Shown: one piece after another, positions 19,315 through 27,450 of the stretch
Layout: each line of letters begins with the position of its first letter
Position numbering within the stretch: position 1 is the first letter of the stretch
Origin: Myxococcota bacterium
GTDB taxonomy: Bacteria; Myxococcota_A; Polyangia; Nannocystales; Nannocystaceae
NCBI GenBank assembly: GCA_039028615.1
Contig: JBCCHT010000026.1
Span: forward strand, 140,994 to 204,993
Direction of reading: 5' to 3'
Length of the DNA: 64,000 bases
Notes under the pieces: generated by a model
Database searches by the model: none
What the model was told of the DNA's origin: nothing
Seen by the model: only the letters and a program-made list of their open reading frames with translations
Program-made: the position numbers and the translations under genes

Positions 19315-20289
19315 CTAGCGAGGCGCGGGGGGCAGGGGAATGCCCACCCGCTCGGCGTCGGCGAAGCGCCCTTCGGCTCGGTAGTGCTCCGCCAGGATCT
19401 GCAGCAGCTCCAGGGAACGCGCGGGGTGGAGCCGCTGGAAAAAGGCCGAGGCGGCCTCGGGTCGGCCTATCTCGGCGTAGGCACGCACGCAGTCCTTGGC
19501 GGCCGAATCGGCGAGGCCGGCGGAGTGCTCGAGGGTGCGGGCGTGGATGACCACGTCGACCCAGCGGTCGAGGGCGGCCTGGTTGTCGTGGCGATTGAAG
19601 GCGATCCAGCCGAGGCGATAGCGGGCGTACAGCTGCGAGCCGAGCTCGCCGCGACCGGAGGCCAGCAGATATAGAGGTTCGGCATTGCGGACCTCGTTGT
19701 CGGCAAAGGCGGCGTCGGCCAGCACGAGGGCCGAGGGACCGACGAGGGCGTGGTGGGGATGATTGCGGAGCAGGGCCTCGTAGTCGCGGTGGGCACCTTC
19801 ATCGTCGCCCTGCGCCTGCCGGGTGGTCGCGCGCCCGTACCGAGCTTCGGCCATGAGCTCGTTGGGCAAGCCCGGACTCTCGAGAGCGCGGTCGTAGCTC
19901 TGCTCGGCCTGGTCCAGCCAGCGGTGGCGCTGCGCCGTGAAGGTTTCGTTTGTGCGGGCCCACTCCTCCTGCATCTCGATGTCGCTCGAGTCCAGCTGCT
20001 GCAGGGCGTGGGTGTAGTGCTGCTCGCTGGCCAGCGCGAGGTGCTCGGAGTAGGCCTCGGCCATCGCGAAGAGGGCTCGGGCGCGGGTCTCACCCTCCGT
20101 CTTTGACGCGATCCGCTGCTGCACGGCGATGCGGCGGTCGAGCGCGGCGTGCCGTGCCGTGAACGAGTCCTCGGGCTCGGGCTCCGACGCTGCGGTGTCC
20201 GCGGGCGCCGCGGTTGGAGCGTTGGCGGGGGCACATGCGCCCACCACCGCCGTCATCACGAGCCACGATCGAAGCACTGCCGGGCGCAC
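19315..20289 (-). CDS. TPR lipoprotein resembling part of the gliding-motility TPR protein AgmU/GltD
   Basis: Lipobox VVGAC; TPR helices; YRLGWIAFN...AAKDCVRAYAEIGRPEAASAFFQRL. The GTG start at 20289 is inferred. Confidence 0.6.
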   Translation of the reverse strand: MRPAVLRSWLVMTAVVGACAPANAPTAAPADTAASEPEPEDSFTARHAALDRRIAVQQRIASKTEGETRARALFAMAEAYSEHLALASEQHYTHALQQLDSSDIEMQEEWARTNETFTAQRHRWLDQAEQSYDRALESPGLPNELMAEARYGRATTRQAQGDDEGAHRDYEALLRNHPHHALVGPSALVLADAAFADNEVRNAEPLYLLASGRGELGSQLYARYRLGWIAFNRHDNQAALDRWVDVVIHARTLEHSAGLADSAAKDCVRAYAEIGRPEAASAFFQRLHPARSLELLQILAEHYRAEGRFADAERVGIPLPPAPR

Positions 20290-20342
20290 GAGGGACCCTG
20301 ACACCCCGGACGGCCGTGGGTTCCCGACGGGCGAGACTCGCC

Positions 20343-21026
20343 TCACTCTTCGGCGAGCGCGCGGAGCCCGGCAATGGTGACCCGCAGCGTCTGCTCGAGG
20401 CTCGACTCGAAATCGACGCAGGCGTGGGCGAGATCGGGGCGCTGGAGGGCTTCGTGCACGGCGGGGGCGGGGTGAGCCGCGGGCCACATGCCGACCATCT
20501 GGAAGTAGGTGACCTCGACGAGCTTACGTACCTGGGTCGCGGACAGCTCGGGCAGCGCCTGACCGATGGCCTGCAGCAACCCTCCCATGGGCTGCATGAA
20601 GCCGAGCTTGAACTCGACGACGACGTCGGTGGAGACGTTGCGCTCGAGCACGGTGGCCAGCACCGAAGCGAGGCGAGGGAAGGTCTCGTGCTCCATGGTG
20701 GCGGCCGTGATCGCGGACGCGAAGCCCCGGGCGTCGCCCGGCGAGCTGAGTCGCTGCAAGCGGGCGATGACCGCGTTGCTCCAGCGCTCCATCGCTTCGA
20801 GCATGAGGTGGAGGAACAGCTCCTCGCGGCTCTCGAAGTAGCGGTACACGCTCGCCTTGGAGATGTTGGCCTCGCGCGCGATGGTGCTGAGGCTGATCTC
20901 GTCGACCGGGCTCTGCTCGAGCATGCGGGTGGCCGCGTGCAGCAGCGCTGCCCGACGATGTTGCTTTTGCTCGTCGCTTCTTGCGCGTTTCCAGACCCCG
21001 GCCAATAACGAACCCTCAGTCTCCAT
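20343..21026 (-). CDS. TetR family regulator
   Basis: RARSDEQKQHRRAALL...IAREANISKASVYRYFESREELFL. Confidence 0.9.
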   Translation of the reverse strand: METEGSLLAGVWKRARSDEQKQHRRAALLHAATRMLEQSPVDEISLSTIAREANISKASVYRYFESREELFLHLMLEAMERWSNAVIARLQRLSSPGDARGFASAITAATMEHETFPRLASVLATVLERNVSTDVVVEFKLGFMQPMGGLLQAIGQALPELSATQVRKLVEVTYFQMVGMWPAAHPAPAVHEALQRPDLAHACVDFESSLEQTLRVTIAGLRALAEE

Positions 21027-21116
21027 GTTACGTCATCGGGCCGGGGTTGGCACGCCAGATACGGATTTTAGTCACGTATTCGACTTCTTAGAGGTTTTTC
21101 GATGAAAATCTTCGAC

Positions 21117-21135
21117 AACGAACCGATGGTCCGTT
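21117..21135. promoter_or_regulatory. Imperfect palindrome AACGAACC-GAT-GGTCCGTT, candidate TetR operator
   Basis: 7/8 inverted match between the divergent TetR and SDR genes. Confidence 0.4.
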
Positions 21136-21178
21136 ATGTTCTTTCTCGGGTGCAGGACACCCGCCGAGGAGAAGCACG

Positions 21179-22117
21179 ATGGGTAAGCAACGTTGGACCA
21201 GCAAGAACATCGAGGACCAGACCGGTCGAGTGGCGATCGTGACTGGGGCCAATAGCGGCATCGGGTTCGAGGCCGCCAAAGAACTCGCGGTCGCGGGCGC
21301 CGAGGTGATCGTGGCCAGCCGCAGCGAGGAGCGGGGCCGGACCGCAGTCGAGCAGATCCGCCAGGCGGCTCCGAGCGCGACCGTCGAGCTCATCGTGCTC
21401 GATCTGGCCGATCTCGGCTCGGTCGAGCGGTTCGCCGCCACCTTCACCGAGCGATACGACCGGCTCGACCTGCTGGTGAACAACGCGGGCGTCATGATGC
21501 CGCCGCAGCGCCAGGAGACGGCCGATGGCTTCGAGCTTCAGTTCGGCACCAACCACCTGGGTCACTTCGCGCTGACCTTGCGGTTGCTCCCAGTGCTGGC
21601 GGAGACCGAGGGCTCGCGGGTCGTCAACGTGTCGAGCTCGGCGCAGAACTTCGCCAAGTTCGACCTCGACGACTTGCAGTGGACGCAGCGCTCCTTCAAC
21701 CGCATGGGGTCGTACGGCGCGAGCAAGGCCGCCAACATGCTGTTCACCCTGGAGCTCCAGCGGCGTCTGTCGGAGGCGGGCGTGTCCACGATCTCCACCG
21801 CCTGCCACCCGGGCTGGACGGGCACCAACCTCCAGGCGTCCACGCCGATGTTCCGCTGGCTCAACCCCATCTTCAGCATGAAGCCCTGGCAGGGGGCGCT
21901 GCCTACTCTGTATGCCGCAGTCGCGCCGCAGGCGGTGGGCGGCGGCTATTATGGCCCCGATGGCCTGGGCACGATGCGAGGCTATCCCGCTCCGAACAAG
22001 CCGGCGAAGCTCAGCACCGACGCCGCCGCGGCCAAGCGCCTGTGGGACCAATCGGAGGAGCTCGTGGGGCTGACCATGCCCTCCATTCGTGGCGCGGCCC
22101 GGGCTCACGCCAGCTGA
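21179..22117 (+). CDS. Short-chain dehydrogenase/reductase (retinol-DH/WWOX-like)
   Basis: TGANSGIG, NNAG, QFGTNHLGHF, YGASK. Confidence 0.95.
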   Translation: MGKQRWTSKNIEDQTGRVAIVTGANSGIGFEAAKELAVAGAEVIVASRSEERGRTAVEQIRQAAPSATVELIVLDLADLGSVERFAATFTERYDRLDLLVNNAGVMMPPQRQETADGFELQFGTNHLGHFALTLRLLPVLAETEGSRVVNVSSSAQNFAKFDLDDLQWTQRSFNRMGSYGASKAANMLFTLELQRRLSEAGVSTISTACHPGWTGTNLQASTPMFRWLNPIFSMKPWQGALPTLYAAVAPQAVGGGYYGPDGLGTMRGYPAPNKPAKLSTDAAAAKRLWDQSEELVGLTMPSIRGAARAHAS

Positions 22118-22193
22118 GTCCAGCCGCGAAAACGACCACGGCTCGACATGGGTTCTCCATGCCGAGCCGTTGTTCGTGGGGCGAAGGGCTCGT

Positions 22194-23567
22194 CTACGCG
22201 AGCACGCCGGGCAGCGGCCCCGTGGAGTAGTTGGGGTTCCCGAAGTTGTCGATGTCGGCCCCCACCGCCTGCGCCAGGGCGATGAACAGGTTGTTGTGGG
22301 GCGTGTCGGAGGTGAAGCGGAGGAAGCGTCCGCTGTTGATCCGGTTCTGGTAGTTGCCCGCGATCACGTAGGGGACGCTCCAGGGCTCGTGCACCGCCCC
22401 GTCGCCCTGTTCGTTGACCCAGGCGACGACGGTGCTGTCGAGCAGGCGGGACCCATCGGCTTCGATGGTGTTGGCCAGCAAGTTCACGAAGTACAGGAAC
22501 TGCTCGGAGTACCAGCGATAGCAGTTCTCGAAGTCGTCGAGCACGCTCTGCGAGTACGGCCACTGGTGTGACAGATCGTGGTGGTGCAGCGTGGCGCCGA
22601 GCCAGCTGAGGACGGTCCAGCTCTGGGAGACATGCCACTGCAGGCTGGCCACGCGGGTCAGGTCGCAGGAGAGCGCGATGGCCAGCAGCTCCATCATGAG
22701 CCGGCCGACCTCGGGGAAGTACTCGCCGGCGAGGTGGGGCATCACGGGCGGAGCACCGGGCACCTGGCAGTTCTTGGTGGTGCCCATCGCGTCGAGGGTC
22801 ATCTCGAGCTCGCGAATGGCGTCGAGGTGCGACTCGAGCTTGGTGCGGTCGTTGCTGCCGAGCTTGCCGTTGAGGGTGTCGAAGTCGCTACGAACGTAGT
22901 CGAGGATGCTGTGGCGCCGAATCCGAATGCGCTCGAGCTGCTCGGGCGTGTACCCGGCGTTGGCGAAGATGGTGTAGAAGGCCGAGCGCGGGTCGTTCTC
23001 GGGGGCCAGCGGCTCGTAGGGCCCGCGATAGCACATGCGGCAGTTGAGCGGCCGCGAGGAGTCGAGGGTGGCGCGCACGCCCAGCTGGATCGACCGGAAG
23101 GTCGTGGTGGTGCCGATGTGATCGGCGATGACCTGGTCGATGGAGGGTCCGCCCGCCGAGCCGTCGAGCAGCTGCCCATTGGACCCGGTGGTGTGGTTCT
23201 TCGACACGATGTCGGTGGCGGTGAGGCAGTGCGCCATGCCCATGTCGTGGGGCGGGGCCTGCTCGCCCTCGAAGCGGCTGAGCATGTCGACCCCGTCGAG
23301 GATGAGCAGCTCGTTCTTCACCGGCTCGAGCGGGGCGAGCAGGCGACCGGGCTCCGAGGGGCTGTCGAGCACGAAGTCGGTCTCGCTGCCGATGGGCTCC
23401 CAGCGGCCGGGCACGGTGCCGTTGGGCTGAAAGAAGGTGACGAAGCGCGCTGGGTTGCCCTTTTCGGTCCCGGCCTTGGTCTCCATCGCCTCGAGGAAGG
23501 GCAGCGCGATCGCGATGCCGCCTGCGCCACGGAGTAGGGTTCGACGACTGAGTGGCTTGACCATCAC
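22194..23567 (-). CDS. DUF1552 domain protein (Tat-like leader)
   Basis: LSRRTLLRGAGG..LPFLEAM, PNG, SIDQVIA, KLESHLDAIRELE, CDLTRVA, HHHDLSH, DGSRLLD. Confidence 0.9.
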   Translation of the reverse strand: MMVKPLSRRTLLRGAGGIAIALPFLEAMETKAGTEKGNPARFVTFFQPNGTVPGRWEPIGSETDFVLDSPSEPGRLLAPLEPVKNELLILDGVDMLSRFEGEQAPPHDMGMAHCLTATDIVSKNHTTGSNGQLLDGSAGGPSIDQVIADHIGTTTTFRSIQLGVRATLDSSRPLNCRMCYRGPYEPLAPENDPRSAFYTIFANAGYTPEQLERIRIRRHSILDYVRSDFDTLNGKLGSNDRTKLESHLDAIRELEMTLDAMGTTKNCQVPGAPPVMPHLAGEYFPEVGRLMMELLAIALSCDLTRVASLQWHVSQSWTVLSWLGATLHHHDLSHQWPYSQSVLDDFENCYRWYSEQFLYFVNLLANTIEADGSRLLDSTVVAWVNEQGDGAVHEPWSVPYVIAGNYQNRINSGRFLRFTSDTPHNNLFIALAQAVGADIDNFGNPNYSTGPLPGVLA

Positions 23568-25255
23568 TCACCTCCTTCGATGGCGGTGCGGTAGCGGAAC
23601 GAGTCGAGCTGGGTCATGGCGACGATGAGCTCGCGGATGTCGTAGCCGGACTCGGCGAACTGGGCGGTGAGTGTTTGGATGTTGCACTCGTCGAGGCCCT
23701 CGCTCTCGCCGCGGCCGTGGGCGAAGCGCCACCACTGCGAGGCGGTACAGGCGGCCACCTCCTCGCTGCTGGCCATCAGCGCGCCCAGCTCGGTGACTCC
23801 GTCGAAGTCGGCGTCGACGTCGGTCTGCGCGAGCAGCCCGGTCGAGTCGATGGGCAGCCCGTTCTCCTCGGTACGGAAGCGACCGACGCCATCGTAGCTT
23901 TCGAAGCCGAAGCCGATGGGGTCGAACAGATCGTGGCAGCCACGGCACGCGGGATCGTTGGCGTGCTGCTCGTAGCGCTCGCGCGTGGTGGCGTCGTCGT
24001 CGATGTCGGGCAGGGTGGTGTCGACGTCGGGCGGGGGCGGAGGCGGGTGCTGGCAGAAGAACTGCCCCCGCACGTAGAGCCCGCGCGCGATGGGGTTGGT
24101 GCCGGCCGAGCCGGAGTAGCCCGACAGGACGCCGCCCATCGACAGCACACCCGAGACCTGACCGTGGCTCGGGGTGACCTGCTGCATCGAGTCGCCGCCC
24201 GGGGCATCCCAGCCGTAGAACGAGGCGAGGGTGGGATCGGCGAAGCTATAGTCGGCGGTGAGCAGCTCCGACAGCGTGCCGTCGCTCTCGAAGACCACGT
24301 GGTCGACGAAGGCGCGGGCCTGCTCTTGTTGGAGGGCGTTGATCGTGGCGTTCCACTCGGGAAACGCGGTGGGGTCCTTGTCGATGACGTCGAGCCGTTG
24401 GATGCCCAGCCACTGGTCGTGGAAGTGCTGCACCATCTCGCGGGCCTTGGGATCGTCGAGCATTCGACGGGCCTGCGCCGCGATCTCTTCGGTGGTGCCG
24501 AGCGCGTCGGCATCGGCGGCGGCGAAGAGCTCGTCGTCGGGCATCGAGCCCCACAAGAAGTAGGACAGCCGCGAGGCCATCTCGTCGCTGGACAGCAGGA
24601 CGTAGCTCTCTGGCTCGTCCGTCGGGGTGCCGATCTCGATGCGGTAAAGGAAGTTGGGTGACTGCAAGAACGCCTGGATGAGGCTCTCGATGGCCGGGCG
24701 CTGCGCGTTGTCCTGACGGATCCCGTCGTAGAGCGCCTCGAGACCGTCTTGCTCCGCATTGGTCAGCGGGCGTCGCCACGCTCTGCGGCCAAAGTCGCCG
24801 ATGAACTCGTGGATGCAGGTGTTCTCGTCGCTGGTGCAGGGAATGAGCGTCTCGACGTCATCGACCGCTCGCTCCGAGATCGCCTCGGCGGCCAGCATGT
24901 ACTTGTTGGCGTTGATGAAGGTGACCGGTGACCCGCCTCCGATGGTGTCGAAGCCACCCACGCCCTCTTGGGGGAAACCATGGGTGACCGATGGGCGCGA
25001 GTCGTCGCCCAGCAGGTCGCGGATGGTGTTGTCGTACTCCCACGACGACAGACGGCGCAGCGGCGTGGTGCCCAGCTGCGGCCCATCGGCGTCGCAGTTG
25101 ATCTGTTCACCCCCGCTGTCGCTGCCTCCGCTCTCGCTGCTACCCCCGTCGGCCGTGCCTCCGCTGCCATCCGCCTCGGTGCCTCGATCTTTGCACCCGA
25201 CGATGGCGAAGACGGAGGCCACCAGGCCCATCCGCACTACGCTCGTCACCCTCAC
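23564..25255 (-). CDS. DUF1587/1595/1592/1588/1585 lipoprotein with CxxCH heme-binding motif
   Basis: LRRLSSWEYDNTIRDLLG, RAWRRPL, SPNFLYR, ASRLSYFLWGSMPD, CRGCH...DPIGFGFE. Overlaps the DUF1552 gene start. Confidence 0.9.
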   Translation of the reverse strand: MRVTSVVRMGLVASVFAIVGCKDRGTEADGSGGTADGGSSESGGSDSGGEQINCDADGPQLGTTPLRRLSSWEYDNTIRDLLGDDSRPSVTHGFPQEGVGGFDTIGGGSPVTFINANKYMLAAEAISERAVDDVETLIPCTSDENTCIHEFIGDFGRRAWRRPLTNAEQDGLEALYDGIRQDNAQRPAIESLIQAFLQSPNFLYRIEIGTPTDEPESYVLLSSDEMASRLSYFLWGSMPDDELFAAADADALGTTEEIAAQARRMLDDPKAREMVQHFHDQWLGIQRLDVIDKDPTAFPEWNATINALQQEQARAFVDHVVFESDGTLSELLTADYSFADPTLASFYGWDAPGGDSMQQVTPSHGQVSGVLSMGGVLSGYSGSAGTNPIARGLYVRGQFFCQHPPPPPPDVDTTLPDIDDDATTRERYEQHANDPACRGCHDLFDPIGFGFESYDGVGRFRTEENGLPIDSTGLLAQTDVDADFDGVTELGALMASSEEVAACTASQWWRFAHGRGESEGLDECNIQTLTAQFAESGYDIRELIVAMTQLDSFRYRTAIEGGE

Positions 25256-25462
25256 GCGATCGGATTAGCACGCGCGTTCGCTCGTAATCGGTGACCTTCC
25301 GCAACGAACGACGAGGCCGAAACGGTGAGACAAAAACGAAGCGAACGAGCTTCGAGCACTCGTTCGAGGTGCCGCGTTTTGCCCCACGCGTAGAGCCATG
25401 GCGAACGGCATTCCGACACGGAACAACGGATCGTCGTTGCTCGTGGCTAAGGGCAACCCCGA

Positions 25463-26389
25463 TCAGTTCGCCACGCACAGGCCCGGCTCGGCGCCGACGC
25501 AGGTCTTGTCGGGCACACCCTCCGGCCAGAACGGATCGCACGTGGAGCCGGGGAGCAAGGCGGGGCAGGGGTCGGGGCCGTCGACGGGGCACAGCGCGGT
25601 ACAGCAGCCCGACGAGCCCTCACAGCCCGGCACCAGCTCGCCGTTGATGCACGCGAGGCCGGCCGGGCACGCGTTGATGAACTCGCAGGGCGCACCCACC
25701 ATGGTCTCGGGGCGGGAGCCATCGGGGACGCAGGTGAAGCTGTCGCTGAAGGTGGGGTAGCAGGCCTGGTCCTGGGGGCAGTCTTGCACCAAGGGATCAC
25801 AGCCCGCGGTGCAGATGTTGAGCACGCCGTCGCCGGTGATCTGACACGTGTCGCAGGGATCGGGGCAGCCCGGGTTCTTGAAGTCGCCGGTGCAGAACTC
25901 GATGCACGAGCCCATGTTGGTCTCTTGGTCGACGTTCCAGCACATCGAGGTGCCGTCGCAGTCGTCGATGCCCGAAAGTCCTCCGCCCTTCGCCGTGCAC
26001 GGCTCGCCCGGTCCGGCCGGATCGCGAGCGATCGGTACGCACATGGTGTCGTTCCATGCGCTCCCCCCGTCGCTCGAGTAAGGCATGCACTTGTAGCCGG
26101 GCGGGCAGTTCTGCTCGATGGTGTTGCAGCTGTCGGGGAAGTCGGGGATGACGGTGCCCGTCTCGCTTGGTCCGGTGGGCGTCGACGTCTCCGCGGTGCC
26201 GTCGGGATCGATACCGGTCGTGGTGTCGGTGGTCGGCTCGGGTGCGGTCGACCCCGTCGAGCCGTCGGCCTGGGTCTCGGCGGCGGAATCGGAACCCCCC
26301 GACTCCGTCCCCGCGGCGGGGCCACAGGCGAGAGGAAGCAGCACCAACGAAAGCAAACGGGCGTGGCTCCAACGGCAGTCCATGCCCAA
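25463..26389 (-). CDS. Cys-rich myxobacterial lipoprotein
   Basis: Lipobox LPLAC, Thr-rich linker, QNCPPGYKCMPY, DDCDGTSMCWNV, CDPLVQDC, CEFINAC. Confidence 0.8.
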   Translation of the reverse strand: MGMDCRWSHARLLSLVLLPLACGPAAGTESGGSDSAAETQADGSTGSTAPEPTTDTTTGIDPDGTAETSTPTGPSETGTVIPDFPDSCNTIEQNCPPGYKCMPYSSDGGSAWNDTMCVPIARDPAGPGEPCTAKGGGLSGIDDCDGTSMCWNVDQETNMGSCIEFCTGDFKNPGCPDPCDTCQITGDGVLNICTAGCDPLVQDCPQDQACYPTFSDSFTCVPDGSRPETMVGAPCEFINACPAGLACINGELVPGCEGSSGCCTALCPVDGPDPCPALLPGSTCDPFWPEGVPDKTCVGAEPGLCVAN

Positions 26390-26437
26390 TTATTACCAAT
26401 TTGACAGGGGCCGTGTCTTCGCTCTTTGGTTGCGCCC

Positions 26438-27442
26438 ATGAAGCTTACGACGATCGGTGCGTTGCTCTTGGTGTCGACTCCGCTCGCCTGTGGAGACGAC
26501 GGCTCCACCCCCGCGGGGTCGACGGGGTCGACGGGCGCGGTGATGGGCAGCAGCAGCTCGGAGGGAGGCGACACCGTGGGCACCAGCGAGGGCGGGGGCA
26601 CCGAGGCCGCGAGCAGCTCGGGGGCGGCCGACTCGACCGGGGTCGACGGCGACGAGCAGCCCGAGGACGTCTTGTGGGCCGATCGTGTGCTGAACATCGC
26701 CCATCGTGGAGGACGCGCGGAGCGGCCCGAGCACACGCTGGTGGCCTATGACCACGCGCGCGAGGCCGGGGCCGACGTGCTCGAGCTCGACGTGCACGCC
26801 ACGGCCGACGGGGTTCTGGTGGTGATGCACGACGACACCGTCGATCGCACCACCGATGGCGAGGGGCTGATCCAGGAGCTGACCCTCGAGGAGATCAAGG
26901 CGCTGGATGCCGGGTACGACTTCTCCGAGGACGGCGGCGCGACGTTCCCGTACCGGGGCATGGGGCTCGAGGTGCCGACCCTCGAGGAGGTCTTCGAGGC
27001 GCACCCCGATGCGGCCTACGTCATCGAGATCAAACAAGCTGCGCCGTCCATCGTGGGGCCCTTCCTGGCGCTGTGCAACGACGCGCAGGTCCACGACCAG
27101 ATGGTCGCCAGCGCGTTCGCGGCGTCGACCCTCGAGGAGATCCGCGAGCAGGATCCCGAGATGCCCACGAACTTCGGGGTGACCGAGGTGCTCGCCTTCC
27201 TGGCCGTGACCGACGAGACCGCCGACGAGTATGTGCCCCCGGGGCAGTTCCTCCAGGTGCCGCCCGAGCAGTCCGGCATCCCCATCCTGACGCCCGCGTT
27301 CATCGAGCGCGCCGAGCAGTTCGAGCTGAAGGTGCACGCCTGGACGATCAACGACGAGGCACAGATGCAGGAACTCATCGAGCTGGGCGTGGACGGGATC
27401 ATCACCGACCACCCGACGGTGCTCGATGGCCTGCTCGAGTAG
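26438..27442 (+). CDS. Glycerophosphodiester phosphodiesterase lipoprotein
   Basis: IAHRGG, PEHTL, ELDVH, HDDTVDRTT, EIK, WTIND, GVDGIITD. Confidence 0.9.
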   Translation: MKLTTIGALLLVSTPLACGDDGSTPAGSTGSTGAVMGSSSSEGGDTVGTSEGGGTEAASSSGAADSTGVDGDEQPEDVLWADRVLNIAHRGGRAERPEHTLVAYDHAREAGADVLELDVHATADGVLVVMHDDTVDRTTDGEGLIQELTLEEIKALDAGYDFSEDGGATFPYRGMGLEVPTLEEVFEAHPDAAYVIEIKQAAPSIVGPFLALCNDAQVHDQMVASAFAASTLEEIREQDPEMPTNFGVTEVLAFLAVTDETADEYVPPGQFLQVPPEQSGIPILTPAFIERAEQFELKVHAWTINDEAQMQELIELGVDGIITDHPTVLDGLLE

Positions 27443-27450
27443 CGCGCTGC

